A stretch of 62,165 nt of DNA, the filler included, from an uncultured virus (IMG/VR IMGVR_UViG_2049941000_000131) (Duplodnaviria > Heunggongvirae > Uroviricota > Caudoviricetes). It is 7 parts of one record of this genome, joined end to end, with 100 filler letters (N's around TTAATTAATTAA, not from the genome) between each part and the next. Parts side by side here need not be neighbours in the genome. Positions count along the whole stretch, not along the records: positions 21,146 to 50,398 come from IMGVR_UViG_2049941000_000131; positions 50,499 to 62,165 come from IMGVR_UViG_2049941000_000131; 5 more parts are not named here. The stretch is one strand, 5' to 3'. The translations under genes were made by a program, and so were the position numbers. The first letter of the stretch is position 1, and every line of letters begins with the position of its first letter. Below the pieces are notes generated by a model. The model saw only the letters and a list, made by a program, of their open reading frames with translations, was not told where the DNA came from and made no database searches. Shown here one piece after another: positions 48,392-58,083 of this stretch.

Positions 48392-48505
48392 CCTAAAATC
48401 GCCGTAAATCCCCTGTAAGCCGTTTTACTCTCAAAAGGTAAAATTACTCGCTTAAATTGTTTTCGCCCAAATTTGGGGTATTCTCGCTTGTTTTGGAGGG
48501 GTTCT
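48392..48505. other. Phased A/T-tract element (relatives at 56405-56512, 52441-52520, 54075-54165)
   Basis: About 10-bp alternation of A/T and G/C blocks around a (G)GTAAAATTA-like core; aligns by eye with reverse complement of 56405-56512. Confidence 0.45.
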
Positions 48506-48713
48506 CGGTGTATCGGGTGTTCCACTTTTCTAAAACTCTATCTTTGCAGCATTCCAATTCGCCCCAAGTGCATAGTCCTGCAATTATATCTAACCTTTCA
48601 ACATTACATCTGTCGCACTTGATTTTTACATAAATCCTCTCCGCAGATGAATTTATTAGCAAGAAAGGCTTTGCCCCACAAAACGGGCACGGCTTCAACT
48701 TAACTTTACTCAT
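48444..48713 (-). CDS. Lar-like (restriction alleviation) zinc-ribbon protein
   Basis: LKPCPFCG....C..C....WNTR. Confidence 0.75.
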   Translation of the reverse strand: MSKVKLKPCPFCGAKPFLLINSSAERIYVKIKCDRCNVERLDIIAGLCTWGELECCKDRVLEKWNTRYTENPSKTSENTPNLGENNLSE

Positions 48714-48816
48714 TGCTATCATCCTTTCCGACCTGAAGCGCAGCCATAAACAGCACGCCAAAAACCACTCCAAGGGTTACTCCAAAAATTAAACCTAATG
48801 TAAACGCTTTAATCAT
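48706..48816 (-). CDS. Small membrane protein (homolog 55775..55888)
   Basis: MIKAFTLGLI.G...G..FG...MA.LQVGKDD. Confidence 0.7.
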   Translation of the reverse strand: MIKAFTLGLIFGVTLGVVFGVLFMAALQVGKDDSNE

Positions 48817-49081
48817 TGCTATCACTCCAATCTATCGCTTGACCGCACCATTTGCAAAATTTATAGCCACTGTGCAAAGAACCTTTATTTGTTAGTTGCT
48901 TGTTGCAATTAGAGCATCTAACAGTAGATGTGGTTATTATCACTTTCTTCGGTATCTGCTTTTCAAGTGCTTTAATAGTAAAATCAAGCGCTTTTTCCTG
49001 CGTTCTTTTCACTCCGGCGCTCAGGTCTTCTGTGTCAATCACAATGCACTTTAAAACGTTACCTGCTTCTTCAATCGTCAT
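48809..49081 (-). CDS. Zinc-ribbon phage protein (homolog 55501..55782)
   Basis: ALEKQIPKK...C.NC...FC..CGQAIDWS. Confidence 0.75.
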   Translation of the reverse strand: MTIEEAGNVLKCIVIDTEDLSAGVKRTQEKALDFTIKALEKQIPKKVIITTSTVRCSNCNKQLTNKGSLHSGYKFCKWCGQAIDWSDSND

Positions 49082-49370
49082 TTTCTCACCCTCTTAAATC
49101 TCTTTCCATAATGCTTTCTTGACAAAATCCAGTCGACATACTCCATAAATGACGGAGCGTTTGAATAATCTACTGTACTCCAACGATAAATCGGTGTGTA
49201 CATTGTATCACTCTCCTTTCTGCGTGACCGTATAACCCTCGTAAGCAATCACCGCACGAAAATATTCAAGGTTTCCTACCCATTCGCAATAATTATCATC
49301 AACACATTCACAAGAAGCTTCATGCTCGCTGTTAAAATACGAACAATATCCACGGTAATGNNNNNNNNNN

Positions 49371-49853
49371 CCCGTTTTCCTCTTTTTTGCGAATACGTTC
49401 CTGTATTTCATCATCTTCATAATTCGCTTCAATCATGTACAAATCATATTCGGGAGCAGTTACCCCGTTAAGGTTGTTCGTGTCTGTTGCATAAAAGATT
49501 TTTTCGCCGTCAATAAAAATTTTGTATCCGCAGTTTGGCACATTGTGCGACAGTTCAACCGCTGTTATTTGCAGATCCTGATTATAAATATTTGCCAAAC
49601 CTGGAGTAAAAATATCTATTCTCCATTTCTGCACACCACAGGATATTAAATCTTTAAGCAGCCAGTCGCAACACCCGAAACGCAGCGTAGGACGCATTTT
49701 TGCAAGCTTCTTAATCGTTGACGGATAAAAATGATCGCCATGTATGTGCGTTAACAATACAAGCTGCAATCCGCTTACATATGGAGATAACTGCTTGTAA
49801 TTTACTCCGCAGTCTATCAGCAGGCGGTTGTTCAAAACAACCGCATTGCCTTT
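49371..49853 (-). CDS. Metallo-beta-lactamase-fold hydrolase (partial)
   Basis: LIDCG, THIHGDH, SHNVP, YATDT, IEANY. Confidence 0.88.
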
Positions 49854-49863
49854 NNNNNNNNNN

Positions 49864-50077
49864 AACATTCCTTTTCAGCTTTAACATTCAGAAAAACGGC
49901 GGCAAACTGCCTGTAATAGTTGATTCTGATGTTGAAGATTTGCCGGAAGAATTAGTTACTATCTCAAAAAAGCCGAATTTGGCGGCAATCGAGAAAAGGC
50001 TGAAAGAAGAACCGAATACAGATATTTGCCTTTACGCTCACTTCGGTGAGCGTGGGGAAAGCCTTAGGATTCGTTAG
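49864..50077 (+). CDS. Siphovirus Gp157-family protein, C-terminal fragment
   Basis: FSFNIQKNGG..P...AH...RGESLRIR. Confidence 0.7.
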
Positions 50078-50088
50078 GAGGTGATTTT

Positions 50089-50290
50089 ATGGGCAATATG
50101 GAAATTTACGAAAAATCGAGAGAATGTCCTCCAAATGCCCTTAAAACTATCGCCGCAGGAAGACTTAAAGGAAAGTCGGACATCAATCCGATGTGGCGAA
50201 TCAAAATGTTGACGGAGCTTTTTGGAGCGGCAGGAATCGGCTGGTACTACGAGATTACAAAACAGTGGACTGAAATTGGTGCAAACGGTG
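50089..50290 (+). CDS. Rad52/Sak-like annealing protein, N-terminal fragment
   Basis: I..GRLKG.SDINPMWRI..LTE.FG..G.GW. Confidence 0.6.
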
Positions 50291-50498
50291 NNNNNNNNNN
50301 TCCGATTTTTAAACAAATCACACGTTCATTGTCATAGTTAAAACCGTGATCTTCATATTCAAGCTTAGTTGTTTGAACAATCTTGAAACAATCGGTATNN
50401 NNNNNNNNNNNNNNNNNNNNNNNNNNNNNNNNNNNNNNNNNNTTAATTAATTAANNNNNNNNNNNNNNNNNNNNNNNNNNNNNNNNNNNNNNNNNNNN

Positions 50499-51052
50499 CA
50501 ATTGAGTTCGTTTTGCTGTTGTAACAACAACTCTTTACTCTGTTCTCTGGTATCTAAACTCTTTTCTCTAAACTCTAAACTCTTAACTCTATACTCTTGT
50601 CGGACATTGTCCTCTGGAATGTCCTCTGGAATGTCCTTTTTATTGCCCTCTACTTTTTCTGTAAGCTGTCTTTTTTTCTCACGATATGCACGTTTCTTTT
50701 CTGCCCATTGGCTTTCAAAGCCTACCATATTATCAAAATTGGAGATTTTAAGTAAATTTTCATTGCTTTCATAAATCAAGCCTAGTTGTTTAAACATTCC
50801 TAAAGCAATTGTAACAGTATCAAAATCAAAATATTTTGTATCTCTCACAATCTTATTGACATCGTATGGAACGATCATTTCCCCAATTTTTGTTGAAAGA
50901 TTTCCGCCGTTGTTTGCGGTATTTAAACAAAGCATTTGATATAAAACAACGTATTGGCAGCCGTTTTGCTGTGACATCAAGAAGTCAATTGTTTCTTGGT
51001 TAAAAAAGTCTGTTTTGAGTTTTATCCAGTAAAATTTTTTGTTGTCTGCCAA
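50499..51052 (-). CDS. Phage replisome organizer (3' truncated)
   Basis: KKFYWIKLK.DFF....I..L......Y...L.L; A..KR.YR. Confidence 0.85.
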
Positions 51053-51169
51053 TTTATCACCTTCTCTCTATAAGTCCCTCGGGAATCCCGAAAATTTGCA
51101 TACAACTATGCAAATTCTTTTGTAAATTTTCTGTTAATTGTTTGTTCTCTCGTTCCACGNNNNNNNNNN

Positions 51170-51479
51170 CTTTTATAAGAATTTCTCCGTCAACTTCGAG
51201 ATATTTAATCAAATAATCCGAATAATCAGTGTTCCCGATTTTTAAACAAATCACACGTTCACCGCCATAGTTAAAACCGTAATCTTCATATTCAAGCTTA
51301 GTTGTTTGAACAATCTTGAAACAATCGGTATCAAATACACAATATTTGCACATTCCATCATCAACCGATTCGTAAAACATACAATTCAAGTTACAACCTA
51401 AACAATTTGATGTAAAATCGTCATCGCAACCCATTTCGCAACTAGGAACACTGTATTTTATTTTTACATCGTGTTTCAT
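51170..51479 (-). CDS. Cys-rich hypothetical protein (truncated)
   Basis: Duplicate fragment at 50301-50398. Confidence 0.6.
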
Positions 51480-51797
51480 ATCACAACTCCTTAAAAATAA
51501 TCAAATCTCCACAGTATCTGTCACTGCAATATTTTTGTTTAAACAGCTTGCGTTTAATAATATACTCGGGTGTTTTNNNNNNNNNNCTCATTGTTTTCCC
51601 CTCCGATATTTATATACGGTTCTACTCATTATTTTTTCGTTCCTTTCTGTTCAAAACAAACTCTTCAAATTCTAACCGTTCATAATCCGACAGCGGGCAC
51701 CACCTCGGGATATTTTTATATTTCTTGTAACGTTCGTAAAGTTCCCGATATTTTGGCTTGGTGATGTCCACTTGATACCCATATTTGTTATTCAATA

Positions 51798-52151
51798 TCA
51801 CAGCTCCTTAAAAATAATCAAATCTCCGCAGTATCTGTCACTGCAGTATTTTTGTTTAAACAGCTTGCGTTTAATAATATACTCGGGTGTTTTAAAACCT
51901 TTTGTATCCTCAACAAACATCACATCGTCTTTAAAATAAACAAAATCCGCTATGTAAATACACTGCCTTTCGTTCGGCATATCTGTATATTTCATTGACG
52001 GTATCAATTCAAACTTAACTTGTTGACGTAAGTTTTTAATCTTGCCTGACTTTTCCAACATTGTTAATTCATTACATCTATCAGCCTCTTTTTTGCTGTC
52101 GTGAATGTGCCCTGCTGTACATTTCGCCTTTTTAGAATGATATTTCATCAT
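51798..52151 (-). CDS. DUF1064-family PD-(D/E)xK nuclease
   Basis: KY..K, DSKKEA.R..EL, Q..FEL, YIADF.Y, VEDTKG..T..Y.IK.KL. Confidence 0.85.
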   Translation of the reverse strand: MMKYHSKKAKCTAGHIHDSKKEADRCNELTMLEKSGKIKNLRQQVKFELIPSMKYTDMPNERQCIYIADFVYFKDDVMFVEDTKGFKTPEYIIKRKLFKQKYCSDRYCGDLIIFKEL

Positions 52152-52413
52152 CTTTAAAAACCCTTTTCTTCACAAGATACACCGCGTCTGAGCCCAGGAG
52201 CCAATTCGGCACTACTTTAATGTCAACGCCGTTATAACGCTGTATTTCTTCTGCTGACGTAACATAAATTTCATTACATTCTTCCTTTAATTTGTTGTAC
52301 AATTTTTCACTTATAACCATGTCCCATTCGTCAGCGTGAAAATATCCGTACTCACATTGCATTTGTGCTGTTGCTATAGCTTCATTAAGACGTGACATAA
52401 TATCATTAGCCAT
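52132..52413 (-). CDS. Hypothetical protein
   Basis: GAGG RBS, coupled to DUF1064. Confidence 0.6.
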   Translation of the reverse strand: MANDIMSRLNEAIATAQMQCEYGYFHADEWDMVISEKLYNKLKEECNEIYVTSAEEIQRYNGVDIKVVPNWLLGSDAVYLVKKRVFKDDEISF

Positions 52414-52440
52414 AAAATAGCCCTCTCTTTCGTTCTGTGG

Positions 52441-52520
52441 CTCTCTCAGCCGTTTTAAACGCTTATTTGATAAATTATACCCCTAAAGGAAACACCCCCC
52501 TTAAAACGGCTCTGAGAGTG
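52441..52520. repeat. Long inverted repeat with about 42-nt loop after dnaC (second copy 54075..54165)
   Basis: GCCGTTTTAA...TTAAAACGGC arms extended by ctctcag/ctgagag; loop TTTGATAAATTATACCC conserved. Confidence 0.75.
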
Positions 52521-52522
52521 AT

Positions 52523-53326
52523 TTAAAACATATTCTTTAATCTGTAGTTCTTCTTGATGTCTTTACCGATACTAATACAGTAGTTCCCTGATTTCTCAAA
52601 AATCCTGCTGCCGACCGCTTCATCAATCCCGACAATCTCTTGAATCGTTCTCTCGGACGAGATAATTGTTATCAATTCCGAATTTCTGTAACGATAATTC
52701 AAAATCTCAAAGGCAATATTCACATCTGCCGTTGTCGGATTCTTGCCTTGCTCCGTCTTGAATAAATCATCGATATACAAAACCTCAACGATTTTCCAAG
52801 GCTCAATCAATTTATCGTATTCGTCACTGTTCGCCTTTGCTTTGATTTTGGGTATTTCATCTCGCCATTGTAAGTACCTTGTATTCCTGCCTTCACCGAC
52901 TAAAAGCTTTCTTACAATTGCTGTGCAAATATGTGTTTTACCGCAGCCGACCTGACCGCCGATAAAAAACCAACTTTCTTTACAGTGCTTAATAAAATTT
53001 GCCGCCTTGATTTTCATCTCTTTCTGAAAATCGTTCTCTGCCGTGAAACTCTCAAAGGTACATTTTTTCAATGCGTCTTTGAGCCCGCTCTGTTCAATCC
53101 GCCTTAAGCTTCGCCTTGCTTCCATACACTCACAGTCCCTGAAAACCTCGTAACCGTCTTGAAGATAATAAATAACGCCCTTGTTCTTACACTTCGGGCA
53201 GTCATATCCTGTCAGACTGCCCTCTGCGTTATTCATCACCTCAATCGGGTCGTACGGATTACAAGTTCGTTCCGAGGTTGGCAAGGTATTCAAGATCCTC
53301 TTGACTGATGCTGCCATAGCTTCCAA
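52523..53326 (-). CDS. DnaC/IstB-like helicase loader ATPase
   Basis: CPKC..C.C; GQVGCGKTH; LYIDD; RY...TIISS; SRI. Confidence 0.9.
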   Translation of the reverse strand: MEAMAASVKRILNTLPTSERTCNPYDPIEVMNNAEGSLTGYDCPKCKNKGVIYYLQDGYEVFRDCECMEARRSLRRIEQSGLKDALKKCTFESFTAENDFQKEMKIKAANFIKHCKESWFFIGGQVGCGKTHICTAIVRKLLVGEGRNTRYLQWRDEIPKIKAKANSDEYDKLIEPWKIVEVLYIDDLFKTEQGKNPTTADVNIAFEILNYRYRNSELITIISSERTIQEIVGIDEAVGSRIFEKSGNYCISIGKDIKKNYRLKNMF

Positions 53327-53488
53327 TTTCTCGCCCTTCCTTTCTGTTGTCGTACAAACCGCTTAGAATTTTTTTGACGTTATCAAGCTTCATGATCCAA
53401 TCAAAGTTAGCTTTCTTTTCTCCTGCCGTGTACCATTTTCCATTCCTGCCNNNNNNNNNNCAGATGTCCTGCCGAACATTTCGTCTTG

Positions 53489-54052
53489 TTAGAATGGTAT
53501 TTCGTCAGAATCATCACCGCCTTTCAAAATTTTAAGAAGACTCTCAATCTCGCCAAAATGTCTTCCTGTTTTTCTGATTTCCGTACGATTTACTGTAATT
53601 TCTTCTGTTGAGCCATCGCCGTACAAAACATACATCTTACTGCCACGAACATAAGTTACTATTACCTCGGAATCGTTAATTTCAACTTCATCGCCGACCC
53701 TGATTTCGGATTGCTCTTCTTCATAAGCCTTGATTTTATCAAGAGCTTCCGTAGCGGTAAAATTAAGTATGTGTCCTGTGTCAATTTTTCCTGCAAATCT
53801 TCCTGCACAAATTTCCCTCGCTGCTTCCCACGCATCATTCAAGCCTTTTTCGTAGGCTTCCTTGACCTCGTCTTTCAAATCATTAACCTTTGCAAGCTTT
53901 TCCAACTGTTTTTCCGGAAGGACAAGAGAATTCTCTGCCCATAAACAGTAATTTAAATCCTTAATTCGATAAAGGTTTACAGCACCGCTGTTTTCGGGCG
54001 GAGTATTAACTCCGTCTACCTCAACGATAAACTTATCTCCTACTTTAAACAT
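53489..54052 (-). CDS. Hypothetical phage protein
   Basis: Y.KGLNDAWEAA, I.VGDEV, KTGRH. Confidence 0.7.
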   Translation of the reverse strand: MFKVGDKFIVEVDGVNTPPENSGAVNLYRIKDLNYCLWAENSLVLPEKQLEKLAKVNDLKDEVKEAYEKGLNDAWEAAREICAGRFAGKIDTGHILNFTATEALDKIKAYEEEQSEIRVGDEVEINDSEVIVTYVRGSKMYVLYGDGSTEEITVNRTEIRKTGRHFGEIESLLKILKGGDDSDEIPF

Positions 54053-54139
54053 AAAACGCCTCTCACGCTTTCTCTGTGGCTCTCTGTGCCGTTTTAAACG
54101 CTCATTTGATAAATTATACCCCCCTAGAATTAAAAACGC

Positions 54140-54669
54140 TTAAAACGGCTCTGAGAGCGTTTTAAACATATTCCTCAATCTGTAGTTCTTTTTGATGTCC
54201 TTATAAACGTTGATACAATACCCTGCTGATTTTTCCGCTATCCTGCTTGCAACAGCTTCATCAATATCTATCAATTCAGTCATTCGCTTTTCTGAGGAAA
54301 TAATAGTGATTAAATCAGGGTTTTGATATCTGTAATTCAAAATTTCAAAAGCGATATTTACATCTGCCGTTGTCGGGTTCTTTCCCTGCTCTGTCTTGAA
54401 TAAATCGTCTATGTATAGAACTTTTACATTCTTCCATATTTTTAAAATTTCCGGATACTCTTCCGTGTTCGCCTTGGACTTGATTTTAGGGACTTCATCT
54501 CTCCATTGAAAATACCTTGTGTTCATATTTTCGCCGACTAAGAACTTGCGAACAATTGCTGTGCAGATATGCGTTTTACCGCAGCCAACTTGTCCACCGA
54601 TAAAAAACCACTTGTTTTTAAAATCCTTTGTAAAATTCCAAGCTTTTGTTTTCATTTCTTTTTGGAATT
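54140..54669 (-). CDS. DnaC-like ATPase, variant copy (5' truncated)
   Basis: Walker A/B segments nearly identical to 52523..53326. Confidence 0.88.
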
Positions 54670-54823
54670 NNNNNNNNNNGCAGCCGAACGGTTAAGGGCT
54701 TCACGGTGAGCGATCAGATTGAGCTGATTAATTGTGAAACCAAAAATTTCTACTGGTTTGAAATTGGGATAAAGGTATTTTTAACAAGAGAAGAAGCCGA
54801 GGAAGCGTTGGAGGATTTGAAGA

Positions 54824-55018
54824 ATGAAAACAAGTAAAGCGTGTGCAATTTTTGAGAACATTGACAGCTCCGATTTTACAGAGTTGGAAAAGGGCGAAGC
54901 AATTTACGAAGTGCTTAAAATGCCTACTTATAACAGTATTACAAAAGACAAAATGCTTAGTGTGATTAAGTGGTTGTTTGATAAGACGTTTGAATGGGAG
55001 GAAACCGAAAATGAGTGA
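54824..55018 (+). CDS. Conserved small phage protein
   Basis: GGAGG RBS; A.AIF.NI...EKG.AIY.V..M.T.N.ITK. Confidence 0.65.
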   Translation: MKTSKACAIFENIDSSDFTELEKGEAIYEVLKMPTYNSITKDKMLSVIKWLFDKTFEWEETENE

Positions 55019-55346
55019 TGATTTAATTAGCAGACAGGCGGCAGTTGAAGCAATCAGAAACGAGCGTGAATGGCTGGATGAAAACACAAAAGACACACAG
55101 CACTATTATCACATGGTGAACGAAACGGCAAGAATATTATTCTTGATTGGTGAACTGCCAAGCATTCAGCAGAAACAGAATTTGGCATATTGGATAGGTA
55201 AAGAATTGGGAGAATGTTCAAATTGTGGACATAACGGCTGTGCATCAGACATATGGAATGGTTGTTTACAAATGTTTTGCCCCAACTGCGGTGCAAAGAT
55301 GGAAGAGAGGGTGGAACAAGTGAGTGAAAGAGGTGGTAATGGTTGA
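55011..55346 (+). CDS. Zinc-ribbon phage protein
   Basis: DLISRQAA...W....CS.CG...FCPNCGAKM. Confidence 0.7.
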   Translation: MSDDLISRQAAVEAIRNEREWLDENTKDTQHYYHMVNETARILFLIGELPSIQQKQNLAYWIGKELGECSNCGHNGCASDIWNGCLQMFCPNCGAKMEERVEQVSERGGNG

Positions 55347-55500
55347 TTAAGAAACAAAGAAAGATAATTTTTACCAATGACTGNNNNNNNNNNCGAATGT
55401 GTTGATGATAATTTTAGCGAGTGGGTAGGAAGTCTTGAATATTTTCGTGCGGCGATTGCTTACGAGGGTTATACGGTCACGCAGGAAGGAGATTGAGAAA

Positions 55501-55782
55501 ATGACGATTGAAGAAGCGAAAGAACAACTGTGGGAACTTATCCATGACAGGGAAAGTTTTATAGTCGGCGACAACGATGAAGAAATTTACCGCAAAGATA
55601 TTGAAGCACTCAAAAAGGCTCTGGAGCTTTTTGAAAAGCAGATACCGAAGAAGCCGAAAAAGGGAGTCTGCCCTAATTGCAGCAGCCGCCATGTTTACGC
55701 AGCAACGCTGATGACAGCAGAAACTTTTGAATACTGCGGCGATTGCGGTCAAGCGTTAGATTGGAGTGTCGAAAATGATTAA
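55501..55782 (+). CDS. Zinc-ribbon phage protein
   Basis: EKQIPKKP...CPNC...YC.DCGQALDWS. Confidence 0.7.
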   Translation: MTIEEAKEQLWELIHDRESFIVGDNDEEIYRKDIEALKKALELFEKQIPKKPKKGVCPNCSSRHVYAATLMTAETFEYCGDCGQALDWSVEND

Positions 55783-56040
55783 AGCATTTACATTAGGGCT
55801 TATTATGGGAGCAGTTATCGGAACGGTTTTTGGGGCAATGCTTATGGCAGTGTTGCAGGTTGGAAAGGATGACGAGGAGAGAAAATGAGCAGAATAGTTC
55901 ATTGTGAGGTGTGCGGTAATGAATTTACTGCTAGAGCGCACGCCACAAGGCAAAAGTATTGCAATGATTGCCGCCCTTTGATTTACGGAGAACGTCAGCC
56001 TTGCATTAAATGCGGNNNNNNNNNNCGATGAAGCGGACAA

Positions 56041-56412
56041 ATGAGTAGAATAGTTAGGTGTGTTAGGTGTGAGGTGTGCGGTAATGAATTTACTGCTAGA
56101 GCGTACGCCACAAGGCAAAAGTATTGCGACGATTGCCGCCCTTTGATTTACGGAGAACGTCAGCCTTGCATTAAATGCGGCAAAATGGTAAACAAAACTA
56201 ATTTAACTGGAATATGCTGCAAATGCAGAGCTGAAATGCGGAATAAAAGACAGTCTAAAGCTTCAATCTCAGCCGAAAAGGAAATTGCGAAAAGCCTTGA
56301 TAATCTTGATTTGGTCGTGCTGGAAAATGAAGAGTATAATCGTACTCATGACCAAGCGCTTAGTTACGGTTATTACATCGCAATGATGGAGGGTTATTTT
56401 AAACCCCTCTAA
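56041..56412 (+). CDS. Zinc-finger protein (variant start also at 55885)
   Basis: Multiple CxxC; SYG.Y tail. Confidence 0.7.
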   Translation: MSRIVRCVRCEVCGNEFTARAYATRQKYCDDCRPLIYGERQPCIKCGKMVNKTNLTGICCKCRAEMRNKRQSKASISAEKEIAKSLDNLDLVVLENEEYNRTHDQALSYGYYIAMMEGYFKPL

Positions 56413-56528
56413 TTTCAACGGAAATGGCTTTAAATTGCACGGAAACACAATCGGGTATAAAACTATACCTTTCAAAGCAAAATCGTCATACAAGCGAAAA
56501 TCAGGCGATTTATGAAAGAGGTGATAAA

Positions 56529-56768
56529 GTGACAGCGGACGATTACATAGACTGGGCGAATGAGTATTTTCAAGAAGTTGAAGCAGTAGAACACCGGATT
56601 ATAAAAACAAAAAAGAAACTTAGAAACAGCCTCGGGAATATGGAACGGCAAAATCTTGAAGAAAAGCTATCGATGTTTTATTCTCAAAAGATCGAGTGTT
56701 TAAGCATTGCGAAAGAACTTGAAGAAAAAGCAAGAGCGATCAGGGAGAAAGAGGGGTTGATATTTTGA
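56529..56768 (+). CDS. Hypothetical protein
   Basis: Homolog of 44446..44676. Confidence 0.75.
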   Translation: MTADDYIDWANEYFQEVEAVEHRIIKTKKKLRNSLGNMERQNLEEKLSMFYSQKIECLSIAKELEEKARAIREKEGLIF

Positions 56769-57127
56769 AAGTAAAAGACATTAAGAATATTGACAAAAAC
56801 ATATCAAATCTTCGTTCCAAAATAGCGAGAATTGAGGGCGAGGCTATGAATACATCTCCTAATACATCGGGTATGCCAAGTGCCAACAGTGTTTCCGATA
56901 AGGTTGGTGGTTCTGTCGCTCAAATTGTAGATATTCAAAAAGAAATTCAAAATCTTGAGATACTGCGTAATTCGGCATTGAACAGATTGTCAAGAGATGT
57001 ATTTGAAGAGAATTGTATCTTTATGAGATTCAGCTTGAAGTATAGCTGGACGAGAATTGCTATGGAATGCGGCGGAAACAATACGGCGGACGGAGTAAGG
57101 AAAATGTGTGAGAGATATAAATGGTAA
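56765..57127 (+). CDS. RinA/ArpU-like late activator
   Basis: SGMP.....DKVG, W..IA...GG.NT.D.VR....RY. Confidence 0.8.
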   Translation: MKVKDIKNIDKNISNLRSKIARIEGEAMNTSPNTSGMPSANSVSDKVGGSVAQIVDIQKEIQNLEILRNSALNRLSRDVFEENCIFMRFSLKYSWTRIAMECGGNNTADGVRKMCERYKW

Positions 57128-57161
57128 GTTGTCCGTTTGTCCGTTTTAGGTGTGATATAAT
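57126..57161 (+). promoter_or_regulatory. Late promoter with tandem TTGTCCG sites
   Basis: AAGTTGTCCGTTTGTCCGTTTTAG..TG.TATAAT. Confidence 0.7.
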
Positions 57162-57325
57162 ATAAAATGAAGTAATAAGGTAGGGCGGAGCAAAGGACTT
57201 TTGACCGCACTCCGAAAATCCCACTCCGCCACACACTTGTTACATTATTTGGATATAACGATTAAAATATCGTTCATATACTTTTTTCTCCTTTTGGCAG
57301 GCTGAAATATCGGCTTGCCATACAC

Positions 57326-57397
57326 AGCGGAGTAGAGCAAAGGTAGCTCGCTAGGCTCATAACCTTGAGGCTGTCGGTTCGAGTCCGACCCCCGCAA
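57326..57397 (+). tRNA. tRNA-Met(CAU), initiator-like, somewhat degenerate
   Basis: GCGG..CCGCA acceptor with 1:72 mismatch, CTCATAA loop, GTCGG-TTCGAGT-CCGAC; no encoded CCA. Confidence 0.82.
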
Positions 57398-57577
57398 TTC
57401 TGTTTACATTCTTATCGCAAAAGCAAGCCGCACTATTGGTCAGGTAGTGCGGCTTTGTGCTGTAAAAAAAGCCATAATTCAGCATAAATTCAATGCTAAG
57501 AAAAAGTTTGTCAACAACTGCCCCGTTAAAATAACTTTCGGTCGGGTAATAAAAGTAAGACAAAAAANNNNNNNNNN

Positions 57578-57820
57578 AGGCAGTCTTTTATCGAAAGCCG
57601 AAAGGGAATTGACGGAGGTTTATGTCAGCACTGCCATACTGCACCGGGTTACATAGTACATCACAAGGTGCATATCACACCACAAAATGTAAATAATCCC
57701 GACATTACGCTAAATCACGATAACCTTGAACTTGTGTGTCACGAATGCCATAATAAAGAGCATTTTGGGGAAAAAATGCGAGTAAAATTTGATTTTGAAG
57801 GGAAAGTAATCCCCCCCTAA
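57578..57820 (+). CDS. Packaging-type HNH endonuclease (HK97 gp74-like), 5' truncated
   Basis: LCQHC....IVHH......NL..VC..CH.K.H; followed by C-run; not in ORF track. Confidence 0.78.
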   Translation, partial: RQSFIESRKGIDGGLCQHCHTAPGYIVHHKVHITPQNVNNPDITLNHDNLELVCHECHNKEHFGEKMRVKFDFEGKVIPP

Positions 57821-58083
57821 AGTGAAAAAAATTGCTCTGTTGGAGAACAATATGTTTTAANNNNNNNNNNTTCCATAAATCTTTATCGGGTATTTCACCG
57901 TTCAAAAGCTTTTCGTAAGAAGCTTTATTGAATGCCTTGCTGTATTTGTCAGCGTGAGCTAACATCTGAGCTTTGCTCCAATAAATCACTTTTTTAAATC
58001 CGTTGATGTATTCAAACATAGCATAATAGCCTATTGTCGGGGTTTTCTCACGCTCGTCAACATCCTGAATTGGNNNNNNNNNN

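Noticed and set aside
43447..49360. CRISPR array or mini-array for the type IV cassette
   Set aside because: No repeat-spacer pattern seen by eye in either flank; the element upstream of csf1 has a relative in the cassette-less sibling, so it is unlikely to be a dedicated guide
53489..53520. SSB-like C-terminal tail DDSDEIPF as an SSB mimic
   Set aside because: Explained by overlap with the start of the downstream DUF1064 gene (KYHS frame); 52132..52413 ends similarly (DDEISF) for the same reason
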